Source of the DNA: a virus
Reading direction: 5' to 3' (one strand)
IMG/VR virus record: IMGVR_UViG_3300027833_003138
Span: 76,315-140,314 of that record
Length of the DNA: 64,000 nt
Shown one piece after another: positions 17,368 through 28,700 of this stretch. The notes under the pieces are model-generated. The model was not told the origin of the DNA and did no database searches. It was given only the letters and a program-made list of their open reading frames with translations. The position numbers and the translations under genes are program-made. The first letter of the stretch is position 1; each line of letters begins with the position of its first letter.

Positions 17368-19656
17368 ATGACAATCTCCGCTCCAGCCTCGGACGTTTCT
17401 GAAGGAAGAATGGGAAACCTTGTTAATTATAGCGGGGTTTTTCAAACAGGACAAAATTACGAACAATTTGATTTTGTTTATGCTACGGGTGATGGGTTGT
17501 ATTATTACGCAAAGCAAAATATGGTTTTTGGCGGCGGAGTCTCTGTGTCGGACAATCAAAGATTTACATTGCTTCCTCACGAGGTAGCAGCTAATTCTCA
17601 TTATATTATTGATGAGTTTAATAGGCCCGACGATCTAAACGCAACATTTAGCCCTGGAAATATAATAAATATAGCTGGGTCTACTGGGTCTAGCGATGGA
17701 ACTTATTCTATATTAAATATAGAAAAAAATTATACAAGTACCACCGTTCAAGGTTTAACTGGTGCAGCAATAAAAATAAAAGGGACATCTGAAACTAGTT
17801 TTATAGAAAATTACGAACCTTCGTCTGCTAATGTTCTAACAATCTCAACAATCAATGCGTATCCTGAATCTAATCCAGATTTGTGGACAAGTAATAAGTT
17901 TTTTTACGACGCAGATTATGGATCAACAGTTAATTTTAAGGCAAATAATATAAAACATGAGTATGGTAATGGTTATTATATTCTGCAGCCAAAAGGCATA
18001 AATGCATTAACGTTTGAGGTTAATTTAAAATTCGACAACAGAACAAATAAAGAAGCTAATTCTATAATACATTTTGTAGAAAACCATTTGGGGCAATTAG
18101 AGGTTGACTCCTCCTCTCCTAACCTTAAATATAAACAAGGAATATCAGGGTTTCGATGGGACGGAAACGCGATGTTTAATCCTTATCGATCGACAGAAAA
18201 TGAAGCTAAGACTTTTTATTGCTCAGAATTTAATCATGCTTTAAGTTTTGAGAACAGTAACAATATAAGTTTAAAACTTAGAAATTTAGACACTTCTTCG
18301 TTGAGGAAATCTGAGCAGTTGTTTATAAGGAAAGCAGAAACGTTTGACCCGACAATGGTTTACGAGAAAAATGATGTAGCTTTTTATACTGGTAACCATT
18401 CATACTATTATTGGCACAGCGATTCAAGTACCAGTAATAAAGTTCCTTCTGAGATAACTACGGGTTTTAATGGCAGGCTTGATTACAAGAAAGATTTACA
18501 TACAGGTTACTGGACTCGCGATTTCTTTTGGAGGCCATCTTTAGGGCTAAGCGTTGATCAAAAGCCAAGAATGAACGAAATAGAACTGGGAGGATACCTT
18601 CAGATTTATAACGACGGCATAAATGAAAGCCTTTTAAATTTGGACTTGCAGTTCAATAATAGAGATGATGAGGAAGCTTACGCTATACTTCATTTCCTTG
18701 AGCAAAGACTAGGTTACAAACCTTTTAATTTTACGCCTCCCGCCCCATATAATAGAAAGCAAAACTTTGTGTGTCAGGAGTGGAGCCACACTTATAATTA
18801 CAAAAATAATCATAGCATATCTGCTCGATTCGAGCAGTTTCCATTTAATATAGATGAGCAGGATTTTACCAATTTAGACACTCCTCCAGAATTGGCAGAG
18901 GGAGAATTAATATTCACCTCTCCGTTGTCGTTTTCGATCAAGGACCAAGGAGAACAAATAATTCCCGGAGAAAAAGGAAAGGGTAGGGTTAAGTTAATGA
19001 ATATAGGAGATAAACCCTTGACGTTAATTAGTGCAGAAGCGATAGAGAGAGACATTGGGTCTTTTTCTATTATAGGGCAGGGCGGAGGCGCAAACGTTCC
19101 TTTTATTGGCGAAGGTCTTGATAAAGAAGATTACATATATAACCTTCCGTCTGCCGGTTTTCCTTTTGGTCTAAACGGCAAAACAATAAAACTAAGCAAG
19201 TCTTATACACCTGGCGTTAGTGATGGCGGGCAGATGTTTACGGTGGTCACAGGTTCCCCTGGTAACTACAGATCCGAAATAGTTAATTCAGTTCCAAACA
19301 CTTTTTTTCAAAACAACAGAGGGCAAATAAAATCCGGAGTAAGTGAGCCGTTTAATACTGCATACAGGGAGTGCGGTAAATTTGCGATTGAGAATTTCTT
19401 TATCAATAATCAAAAGACCACAATCGAGGCAGGAGAGGAAGGCTATATTGATATTGAGTTTTATGGAATCAATGACTCGGACGTAAATGTTTTTTTGGTC
19501 GATGAATTCACGGACAATATAATAGACAATAATTCAGACTTTATTCTTGTGGGCCTTACAAATAAATACTATTTTGGAGATTTGTATATAAGAAGCTCTG
19601 CTTCAAGCGACCTTCAACAAGGCGAGTTAAAAATATTCGTCGCAGCAGAAAAATAA
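17368..19656 (+). CDS. Minor tail protein with two lambda gpM-like domains and a C-terminal Ig-like domain
   Basis: Two copies of GIN...L.F.NR...EA..I.HF.E; FLEQRLGYKPFNFTPP...FVCQEWS...ISARFEQ is gpM-like; KLMNIGDKPLTL is Ig-like. Confidence 0.7.
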   Translation: MTISAPASDVSEGRMGNLVNYSGVFQTGQNYEQFDFVYATGDGLYYYAKQNMVFGGGVSVSDNQRFTLLPHEVAANSHYIIDEFNRPDDLNATFSPGNIINIAGSTGSSDGTYSILNIEKNYTSTTVQGLTGAAIKIKGTSETSFIENYEPSSANVLTISTINAYPESNPDLWTSNKFFYDADYGSTVNFKANNIKHEYGNGYYILQPKGINALTFEVNLKFDNRTNKEANSIIHFVENHLGQLEVDSSSPNLKYKQGISGFRWDGNAMFNPYRSTENEAKTFYCSEFNHALSFENSNNISLKLRNLDTSSLRKSEQLFIRKAETFDPTMVYEKNDVAFYTGNHSYYYWHSDSSTSNKVPSEITTGFNGRLDYKKDLHTGYWTRDFFWRPSLGLSVDQKPRMNEIELGGYLQIYNDGINESLLNLDLQFNNRDDEEAYAILHFLEQRLGYKPFNFTPPAPYNRKQNFVCQEWSHTYNYKNNHSISARFEQFPFNIDEQDFTNLDTPPELAEGELIFTSPLSFSIKDQGEQIIPGEKGKGRVKLMNIGDKPLTLISAEAIERDIGSFSIIGQGGGANVPFIGEGLDKEDYIYNLPSAGFPFGLNGKTIKLSKSYTPGVSDGGQMFTVVTGSPGNYRSEIVNSVPNTFFQNNRGQIKSGVSEPFNTAYRECGKFAIENFFINNQKTTIEAGEEGYIDIEFYGINDSDVNVFLVDEFTDNIIDNNSDFILVGLTNKYYFGDLYIRSSASSDLQQGELKIFVAAEK

Positions 19657-19658
19657 TT

Positions 19659-20738
19659 ATGGCAAAATCAGAATCAAATTTTAATAAGCAATTAATTTCA
19701 ATCACTCCCGATTCGGTCGTGGATATGTACGAAATCGATTTTAGCAACCTTCAGTCAAACTTTGAAATGCTTAAGGATTTACATGGAGTTAATCTGGGCG
19801 CAGATGCTATATATAGGTTTTGCCCCATGAAGAATTCAAGCAATCCTGTTTATTGGCAGGGGAATGCCTATCAACCTTTGCCTGTAAAAATGGAGGGTTT
19901 TGAGAGTCAGTCAGACGGAAGACTTCCAAGGCCAACAATTTCAATAGCTAACCCCGAGGGGCTTTTGTCTAAAATTATTAGATCTAATAAAGATTTCGCC
20001 AATTGCAAGGTTACCCGGAAGAGAACTTTTGTTAAATTTCTTGATGATGAAAACTTTCAAAATAGGAATTTAAACGAATCAGGAAAGAATCCTTTTGGCG
20101 AATCCGACCCAAACTCACACTTTCCTGATGATATATTTTTTATAAACAAGAAAACAATAGAAAATAAAAACGTAATTACTTTTGAGCTTGTGTCTTCATT
20201 AGAGCTTCAGGGATCAAGTGTTCCAGCAAGAATAGTCATGCCTTCTCATTGCTCTTGGATGTATAGATGTTCTATTGGTTGTGGGTACAAGGGTCTAGCC
20301 ATAGAGGATAACGAGGGTAGGGATCTAACTCAGAAATATGCCCATAATAATTACGGCAATGGATTGGAAGATATTCCCAAATGGAGCAAGCATGGGTTTT
20401 TAGATAACGAGCTAGTTCCTGGCGGATACGACTCTGGCTCATTGGTTAAAATAATTCCACAAAGCTCGGCTGACCCTTATAAATCTACGCCTGTTGTTTT
20501 TTTATGTATAAAAACCCACGCTATTGCATCCGATCATATACCGTTTTTTGATAATAATCACTGGGTAAAAGACGAATGTCAGAAAACAATAGACTCTTGC
20601 AAGAAAAGATTCTCTGAGTCTCATTTGGATTCTTTGGGCGGGTCTAGGAATATCACCGATTATAACAAAATAAACATAACTCATAAAGGATTAAGGTTTG
20701 GAGGTTTCCCGGGCACAGAAAGATATCCAGCTGCATAA
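19659..20738 (+). CDS. Minor tail protein L (lambda gpL-like, Fe-S cysteines)
   Basis: VYWQGNAYQPLPVKMEGFE, GRLPRPTISIAN, KVTRKRTFVKFLD, CSWMYR...C, C.K....CKKRF, FGGFPG. Confidence 0.9.
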   Translation: MAKSESNFNKQLISITPDSVVDMYEIDFSNLQSNFEMLKDLHGVNLGADAIYRFCPMKNSSNPVYWQGNAYQPLPVKMEGFESQSDGRLPRPTISIANPEGLLSKIIRSNKDFANCKVTRKRTFVKFLDDENFQNRNLNESGKNPFGESDPNSHFPDDIFFINKKTIENKNVITFELVSSLELQGSSVPARIVMPSHCSWMYRCSIGCGYKGLAIEDNEGRDLTQKYAHNNYGNGLEDIPKWSKHGFLDNELVPGGYDSGSLVKIIPQSSADPYKSTPVVFLCIKTHAIASDHIPFFDNNHWVKDECQKTIDSCKKRFSESHLDSLGGSRNITDYNKINITHKGLRFGGFPGTERYPAA

Positions 20739-21054
20739 AACTATACTCGAACAGGTTAAGACTTATTGCTTGCGGTCTTTAACTGAGGAGAGTTGCGGAT
20801 TGATCGTTGAGTCTACTTCAGGCCTAAAGGTTTTGCCTTGCAAAAACGAAAGCCCTTTTCCTGAGCATCATTTTATGATTAATTTAAATATTTTTATAGA
20901 AAATAAAGTTTTATATGTTTATCATTCTCATGTGAATTGCTCAGTAAATCCATCTATTACAGATAAGTTATATTCTGATGAATTATGTATCCCATTTTTG
21001 ATCTATAGCATTAGGGATGATGAATTTGGTATATATGGCAATATAAGTGTATAG
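20698..21054 (+). CDS. Tail assembly protein K-like, JAB/MPN domain only
   Basis: EESCGLI ... YHSH ... PSITD JAMM motif; no NlpC/P60 domain. Confidence 0.8.
   Translation: MEVSRAQKDIQLHKTILEQVKTYCLRSLTEESCGLIVESTSGLKVLPCKNESPFPEHHFMINLNIFIENKVLYVYHSHVNCSVNPSITDKLYSDELCIPFLIYSIRDDEFGIYGNISV
21047..21051 (+). promoter_or_regulatory. GTGTA motif upstream of the I-J gene
   Basis: GTGTA 24 nt before ATG 21076. Confidence 0.5.
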
Positions 21055-21075
21055 TTATTTAAGGTTTAAGGTTAA

Positions 21076-24000
21076 ATGAAAACAGTATATTTATATGGAA
21101 AGCTTGGAAAGCGCTTTGGTAGAAAGTGGACCTTGAACGCGGACTCAGCTGTGGAGGTTTTTGCCGCTATAGATGCTAATAAAGAGGGGTTTCTTGAGTA
21201 TCTTGCCAAAAGTCAATCGGACGGTATTGATTATGCTGTTTTAAATAAATCTCCGACCGATATTTCATCAAAAAAAGAATTAAAAAAACATATGATCTCC
21301 GAGTCTATGGTTGAGATAAAGGACAGGAAGCAAGAAATGCATATTGTTCCCGCGCCGCAAGGTAACGCGGTCGCCATAAGCTCCCTCTTTATAGTCGCTG
21401 CGACTGGCCAATTGACTCTTCTTGGTAAGATAGTTGTGGCCGTTGCTGTGTCTTTTGTTGTTGGGGCGATAATGAAAGCGTTATTTAAGCCGCCCGAAAG
21501 AAAAACCCCTACAACAACAAAATCTTATTTACTCAAGGGTGTAGCTAATAGGCAAAGCCAAGGAGTTGCAGTACCTTTGGGTTATGGAAGATTAAAAATA
21601 GGTTCAACAAATATATCTCAACACAAAGTATCAAAAAGAAAAAGCGTCCCAGGAAAGTCTCATGTTTTAGAGTCTTATACCGAGATAGAGTTTTTGGATT
21701 TATTGAGTGAAGGTCCGATAGCTGGACTTTGCGATCAAAATGGGAACTTAATAAACCTTAGTCGTTCTGGCATTATTGAGAGACTAGCGCAGAAGGTCTT
21801 GGGTTACGACCTTCGGGAGGGTATTTTTTTAAACAATGTGCCTGTTGTGAATACCCCAATAAGCGAAGCCGAGACTGGAACTGCAAATTATATACTCAAT
21901 GAAAATGGCGAGACTCCTGTAATCAAGACAGGAGAAGAAAAAGACACTTTGATTATTTCAGATTTTAATTGTTTTGTTGTTGATCATTCCGTGTTATTAT
22001 ATGGAGCCGGACCCTACACAAGAAACGAGGGGGGAGCCGAGCATAGGCCTGATGTAGAAAGCGCAAAGAAAAACGGAGCCAAAATAGCAGCTCATTTTGT
22101 GGCAAACAAAAATGTTAACAAAATTCGAATCGAAATGAACACAACTTTGTCGATACAGAACGATGATGGCAGTAATCAGGGGAATAATGTTCAATTTGCA
22201 ATATTAATGGAAAAAGACTATGTCGAGCACAATGTCTTGTCTCCAGGTTCTGGTTGTATCGTTAAGTTTGATGATTCATTGAACGGAGCCGTAACCACCG
22301 ACGAAAGCAATAGGTTTATTGTTACGGGCCTCTGCACTTCGCTGTATGCTTTTGATATTATTATTGAATTTGATCGACCAAAAATAAGCTCTAAGGGTAT
22401 AACTTTTAAATTAATAAAGTTAAGCAATGAATATGATCCCTCGGTAAAAGGAGCGTTAGGAGGAATAGGTAGAGACAGAAGTTTAAAGTTATCTTCCGTT
22501 GCTGAATACGTAGAAGAGCCTTTGCTTTATCCTTATAGCGCCATCGTCAAACTCAAATTTGACAGTAAGAATTTTTCAAATTTACCCGATAGATCTTATC
22601 ATGCGAAGTTAAAGAAAGTTTTAATTCCTTCGAATTATGATCCAATCTCAAAGCATTATGACGGACCTTGGGATGGATTGTTTAAGGGGCAGCCGGATTC
22701 TCTTTCGTCCATACATTCTGTAAGCGATGAAGACAAGTATTGGACGGATAATCCTGCTTGGGTTTTTTATGATTTATTATCTAATGCTAGATATGGGGTT
22801 GGGAAGTACGGTCTATATGAAGAATATATCGATCGATGGCAGCTGTATAGAATATCAAAATACTGCGACGAATTGGTTAGAACCGATTACGAAATAGAAA
22901 CCTCTTCTGGTTCTCCTGTAAATTTTAGCTCCGTGGTTGAGTCGAATAGCAAACTAGACTCTTTTAGCATAACTATAGACCAAGCATCATATAGTTCCGA
23001 TAATTTTATCAAAGATTTTGGAACAGGAAGTCAATTCAAGGGAAAAAAGATAGCTTTTTTTGTTCCATCAAGAAACCAGGATATCTCGGCTTTGACGGGA
23101 ACAAATAAAAGCGAAGCCATACAGCAATTGCGATCAAGAGCTACTCAGTTATCTGGCGAAATCAAAATAGAACAGAGAGACATTATATCAAGCAATCCAA
23201 ATAAAAGTGGGGGAGGCACTGTCATTGTCTCGGGTCCAGATTTAAGCGGTTTGAGTGCATCGTTTCAAGAGGGAGCTTCTATCAAGACGATTGGTGGTTG
23301 CGCGGTTCAAATCAATCATGCTATAGTCGAGCCAAGATTTACTTCTAACTTGTATATAACTGATGAAATGGAAGCCCTTCAGCTTATTAACAATATGGCG
23401 TCTGTATTTAGGGGGATTATTACTTTTTATAATGGAAAAATAATGGCGATTCAAGATTCATACAAGAATCCTATTCAGTTATTTAATAATTCAAACGTAA
23501 GTCAAGATAGTTTTTCGTACTCTGGGGTAAGTAAGGATCAAAAAATAACAAGCTCTATCGTTAGATATAACAATAAAGATGATAGCTTTAAGCCTGCAAC
23601 CGCTCAAGAAGAAGATAAGAACGCAGTTAGAACTTTTGGATTCAAGGAAAAGGAGACTCTTGGTTTTGGGATAACATCCTCCAGTCAAGCAAGAAGGCTC
23701 GCCAAGTGGGTTCTGTTTACCACCCAACTAGAAACAGAAACTGTTTCTTTTGAGACTTCTGCCGAGGCTTCATATTTATATCCCGGATCAATTTTCGAAG
23801 TTTCTGATGAAATGAGGGTGGGTAAGTCAAAAAGCGGAAGGGTTTTGGATATAAAATTTTATACAAAACAATATGAATTTGAACAGTCTGGTCAGGATAG
23901 AGTTTTGAAAAAATCTTTTGATGTATATAGCCCATATATTTTGTTAGATAAGCATATGGTTGATGAGCCGTTCGTATCTATGGTTGAATTGACAGTATGT

Positions 24001-25731
24001 ACTGGTCTAGCTAATTCTACGGAAGAGAAAATAAACTTAAGAGCTCCTTTTGAGCGCTCCTCTCTTGATCAGGATGCCGAAATAGAGTCTGTTTTAGTTC
24101 CTCAGGTAATTAAATTTGAATGCTCTATTGGTTACAACTCGGAGGTAACAAAAAAAGGGCCCCAGGGACAAAATGTAATAGCGAGCGGCTTTTCTTTAAA
24201 AATTCCTTTTGAGCTGTCCTTGTCAGACAATACGTTTTCAATATTTAATCACGGCTTTGCCGACGGAGATAGAGTTAGATTTACAACAGAGGGATCTCTT
24301 CCTTCTGGGATTAGCATGAGTAGAAGAGGTAGCACCGCTTATTATGTAAAAGATTCAACAAAACACACTTTCAAAATAAGCTATTCTGCGGGAGGGGATG
24401 AGGTAAATGTTTCAAGCCAAGGTTTAGATTCTCTTGGAAACGATGGAGGCTTGCATTATATATGCCCGGAGGATCAAGAAAAAACAAAAGAGGCTTTGAC
24501 TAAAATAATGATCGGCTCATCTTGGAGCGCAAAGGGCGTGATGGCTGCGAAAACAGACAAAGAGCTCGAACAGGCGGTTGTAGATAAGTTGGAGTTGACA
24601 TATGATGCAGCAACGAAGAGTGCAGGGTGGGCGCTCTCGGACTGGCTTGGTTGGGTTCGCGTTTTTAGCAATGATTGGGCATATATCTCGCAGTTCGGTT
24701 GGGTATATCTTGGAGAGTTAAGGAAGTCTTCAGGAAGTGATGGTTTTTGGTTTTATACCTCGTCATCAAGAGGAAGTTCTTCCAGCGGTTGGGTATGGAC
24801 CAACGATTCGCTTAAAGATACCTTTTGGTTTTTTTATTCATTATATTCTGAATCCAGTACCGCAAGTGGGTGGGTTATACCTTATTACGATGATAGAAAT
24901 AGCGTGTGCGAGCTTTTTGTTTACGACTCTGACGCTTCAAGGTCGGTGGGAGATAGCTATACTTTAAACAATGTTGAATACATTATTGTTCAAAAGTCTT
25001 TTGGCGTCTCAGGTTATTTTATTAGACATCCGAATATTATAAATCAAATAGTCGGCACTCCAAGATCCAACCTAACAAATTCTTCTCCTTCGGATCTGGG
25101 GGGCTTAACGCTTAACCAAAGAAGAGAAACTTTGACCGGGTCGGGCTATTACAAGGAAGTAGATATAAATTCTTTTGATTATTTAAGCGCAGCTTCTTCG
25201 CTGCAAGCAAAGGAATCCATAAGAATAAACCTTAGCGAAACTCACACAGAGGTCATACAGGATGGGCAAGAAGTATTTGTTGAAGATGTAATAGATTCTT
25301 CTGGGGATTTTGATGATTATGTAAATGTTGTTTATGTGTACGATAATGTAGATAAAAGGTGGACGACTTCCGTTAATCCTTGGCGGTTAATAAAAATAAA
25401 TGATTATCAATTTGAATTAGAAAATTCTTCCGCTATCGTTTCTAGGCTGAGCTCTGCAAACATAACATCCTTTGGGAAAATCAATTTCATCCCTCCCCCT
25501 GTTTCCGAGGTTGAAAGATCCTTGCAGGGGCAACTTTTTAGAACAATGAGTGTAAAAGAAAAATCTCATAACAAGTATGAAGTTGTTGGTCTTGAATACA
25601 ATCAATCTAAATTCGACGCAGTCGACAAGCAAACTGTCGTCAGGCAACCAGTTATGCCTATACCCCCTCAAGCGGACATGAGAATTCCAGAAGCTCCTGA
25701 CACTTTAATATTAACCGATTTAACGATATAA
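21076..25731 (+). CDS. Tail assembly protein I fused to tip attachment protein J (N-terminal part)
   Basis: gpI-like MKTVYLYGKLGKRFG...HIVP and VPLGYGRLKIGS; gpJ-like DLLSEGPIAGL, WTDNPAWVFYDLL..RYG, YCDELV, EPRF, QARRLAKW. Confidence 0.9.
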   Translation: MKTVYLYGKLGKRFGRKWTLNADSAVEVFAAIDANKEGFLEYLAKSQSDGIDYAVLNKSPTDISSKKELKKHMISESMVEIKDRKQEMHIVPAPQGNAVAISSLFIVAATGQLTLLGKIVVAVAVSFVVGAIMKALFKPPERKTPTTTKSYLLKGVANRQSQGVAVPLGYGRLKIGSTNISQHKVSKRKSVPGKSHVLESYTEIEFLDLLSEGPIAGLCDQNGNLINLSRSGIIERLAQKVLGYDLREGIFLNNVPVVNTPISEAETGTANYILNENGETPVIKTGEEKDTLIISDFNCFVVDHSVLLYGAGPYTRNEGGAEHRPDVESAKKNGAKIAAHFVANKNVNKIRIEMNTTLSIQNDDGSNQGNNVQFAILMEKDYVEHNVLSPGSGCIVKFDDSLNGAVTTDESNRFIVTGLCTSLYAFDIIIEFDRPKISSKGITFKLIKLSNEYDPSVKGALGGIGRDRSLKLSSVAEYVEEPLLYPYSAIVKLKFDSKNFSNLPDRSYHAKLKKVLIPSNYDPISKHYDGPWDGLFKGQPDSLSSIHSVSDEDKYWTDNPAWVFYDLLSNARYGVGKYGLYEEYIDRWQLYRISKYCDELVRTDYEIETSSGSPVNFSSVVESNSKLDSFSITIDQASYSSDNFIKDFGTGSQFKGKKIAFFVPSRNQDISALTGTNKSEAIQQLRSRATQLSGEIKIEQRDIISSNPNKSGGGTVIVSGPDLSGLSASFQEGASIKTIGGCAVQINHAIVEPRFTSNLYITDEMEALQLINNMASVFRGIITFYNGKIMAIQDSYKNPIQLFNNSNVSQDSFSYSGVSKDQKITSSIVRYNNKDDSFKPATAQEEDKNAVRTFGFKEKETLGFGITSSSQARRLAKWVLFTTQLETETVSFETSAEASYLYPGSIFEVSDEMRVGKSKSGRVLDIKFYTKQYEFEQSGQDRVLKKSFDVYSPYILLDKHMVDEPFVSMVELTVCTGLANSTEEKINLRAPFERSSLDQDAEIESVLVPQVIKFECSIGYNSEVTKKGPQGQNVIASGFSLKIPFELSLSDNTFSIFNHGFADGDRVRFTTEGSLPSGISMSRRGSTAYYVKDSTKHTFKISYSAGGDEVNVSSQGLDSLGNDGGLHYICPEDQEKTKEALTKIMIGSSWSAKGVMAAKTDKELEQAVVDKLELTYDAATKSAGWALSDWLGWVRVFSNDWAYISQFGWVYLGELRKSSGSDGFWFYTSSSRGSSSSGWVWTNDSLKDTFWFFYSLYSESSTASGWVIPYYDDRNSVCELFVYDSDASRSVGDSYTLNNVEYIIVQKSFGVSGYFIRHPNIINQIVGTPRSNLTNSSPSDLGGLTLNQRRETLTGSGYYKEVDINSFDYLSAASSLQAKESIRINLSETHTEVIQDGQEVFVEDVIDSSGDFDDYVNVVYVYDNVDKRWTTSVNPWRLIKINDYQFELENSSAIVSRLSSANITSFGKINFIPPPVSEVERSLQGQLFRTMSVKEKSHNKYEVVGLEYNQSKFDAVDKQTVVRQPVMPIPPQADMRIPEAPDTLILTDLTI

Positions 25732-25734
25732 GAA

Positions 25735-28700
25735 ATGCTATCTACCGCAATAGGAATTCAGTTTGATGTAAACGATCTCAAGGCTAATTACGAAGTGATT
25801 GGCTCGTCCGACAATTACTCATTTCAATACAACCTAGGAAAAGGGAGTAAGCTTGTAGATTTTGAAGGAGAAACCGCGCAGAAGACCATATCTCTGAATG
25901 GTAATTATGGCATTTTTTCAATTAGAATATTTGCGGTAAGCGACGTAGGTATTCGCTCTGAATTTCTTGAGGAAAAGATATCTATTAGCCCCCCATTGTT
26001 TGATGATACTTTTACATTTTCCGAAATCAAAGTTTCAAATCTTCCACAAGATTCAAACATAGGAAGCACTATCGAAATAGAACCTTCTGAGAGCGGTAAT
26101 TTATTAGCAGTTAATTCTGAGTATATTAATAGAAATGTCGAAATAGAATGGAGACTATCTCCCCCTCCAGGCCACGCGAAGGAAGGAAGGTCGTTGGGCA
26201 ACGAACTGCTCAGCGATAAATTTTTAAGAGACTTTTCTCTGCAAATAAGAAACACAGAAAATGGCAATATAATCTCTGACGCAGAATTAAATAACTCTGT
26301 AGCTCTTCAGTCTACCCTTAACACCCCCTCGGTGTCCGATATGATGGATGCTTATACAGGATTTTCTTTTACAATATCAAATGACACAATAACAGAGTTA
26401 AGTCTAGATAGAACTCTTGCTTTAGAGGTTGTCTCTAATGATGCGTTTGGTCGCCAAGCAACTGGAGTGTTAACTGGAATAAATTATTTACCTACGGTTG
26501 ACTCGTTAAGTTATAATTTGAGAGGGGCAAAAATGTCTTTTAGTTGGTCTTCTCAAGATACCGATTTTTATGAAGCTCAAATCTCGTCTCTCGGTATTCC
26601 TGGCGACGAAGAAATATACGATCCTTATAACCTTCAAAGAAGCATAGATTATTATGAAGCTCTGAGCTCGGCAACTATTTGGGAAAAGCACAATAATTAT
26701 AGGGTCGGAGATAAGGTCATTCACGATTTAATTGTGTTTGAATGTATACAAGATTACAGATATTCCAACTTTCCAGATGTAAATACAAGTGACACTAGCT
26801 ACTGGACAAATGTGGGGCCAGTAATAGATCATTCTTTTACTCAAGAAAATATAACAGAAAATAATAAAGAATTTAATCAAATATGGGGATATAATTATTA
26901 CTATTCTTTTATGCCTTCTGATGGTTACGGCACAGGGCAAAGATTGAATTTAACTGAAACAGGTTTACATCCAGGAGGTGAGCTGAATCCTTTTAAGTCT
27001 GATGTAAAAATAGATAATTTAAATTTTATAGAAAGAGATGATGATTTAATTTTTCGTTGGAATGTAACTGATCAGGATAATAATTTAGTAGATTTAAATC
27101 AATATAAATTTTTAGTTGGGTCTACTGATAAGCCTTCTATTCTTGGAATAAGTGGATCTTTATATGATAGTGATACAAATTTATTTCTAACTGGAATAAC
27201 TGAAGGTTTAAATTCTAGAACTTCTGTTACTGAAAATGGAGTTGAAAGTATATCCGAAAATCTTCCTGGCACAAAAGTTTTTGAGACTTATGAATATACA
27301 AGAGAAATAAATAATTCAATTTATAAAGTTGGAGGTTTTCCTGAGCATCAAGATTTTTCTTATTCTGGTCAATATAATAATGGTGACCATGTAGTATTTG
27401 AAAGCTCGTTATACAGAGCTACAAGCGAAACGGCTTTAAGCTCCGATAAGTTGATAACTCCTCTTGTCCCGCCTTGGAGTCCTGGCATAAATTATTTATT
27501 CAGAACCGGCCTTCATCACTCTGATAGTTTCTCTTATGCTAGCGGAGTTTACTCTGTGTTTGGAACAGTTAATAACGAAATTATTGGGCCTGACGCAAGC
27601 GATGTTGTCGGACTATATAATGAGCTTGAAAACTATTCTATTGGCGATTTGATTATATCTCCAAACGGTAATACGGAAATTTATAAGGGAGGAAGGTTTT
27701 TCGATGTTGGCGATAGCGTTTTATACGAGGGATCTTTGTATACATGTATTACTCAACAGGAAAGCTCTGATTATATATCTCCAGATACGGGAATGAATCA
27801 TTGGAAAACCGCTTCAGCTTTTTCAAGCGTTTCTGCAGATATTTATAAAGCTATAGCTGCAGTGCCACAATCTTCAGAGATACTTCCCTCGACGGGGTAT
27901 ACCCATTGGCAAGTTCAAAACCCTGAGACATCTAATAAATATTATTTACTCGCTGAAAATTATGATTTTCCGATTCGTAATTGGTCTCAGCTTGATGATT
28001 TTTCTAGCGCAGATTTTGTTGTATACGCTAATGATATATGGAGCGGGGTCGATTCAAGCGGCCCAAACACCCCTGCAGGATCAAAGATTCCAAACTTAAG
28101 TAATAATAGTTATTGGACTAATACCGATAACCAATCGAGCGACTTCTCTACGAGTCACCAAGTTGGAGATAAGGTATTCTCTAACGGAGCTATATATAAA
28201 TGTTTAGCTAACAATCCGACGGGAGCGCCTCTTGAAGCTGTAGTCGACAACTCTTCACAAATAAACTCTTCATATCAATCGTCTCAGTGGGCTCCTTATT
28301 GGGAATTGAATACAGGGTTTGATGGTGTAATTTTTAAACACGAAGGGATTCCAGAAAAAGGCAAAAGAAGCGTTGGTCTTGAATTGGCGATTTTAAGCCC
28401 TTTGGGTGAAGTTTTAAATTCAAGAAGGATAGTTGGAAATAATCCTGAGCCCAGTATATTGCCCCAAGGATTTCAGGTTGACTCTTTAAGTAATGTCACT
28501 CAAGTGCATTTCAATTTTAATTACGCATTTGGATCTAGAGAGCAAACAACCAAGGTTCAATTATATAGGTCCGAGTTTCCAAGCTTTTCCATACTGGACG
28601 GAAATGGGTTTCCTGGTTCTGGGGCAGGGTCTTTTGTTTCAGAAATATTGGGGCCTGGGGACTCCACTTTTGGGAAAAATATAACATCAATTACAGATTC

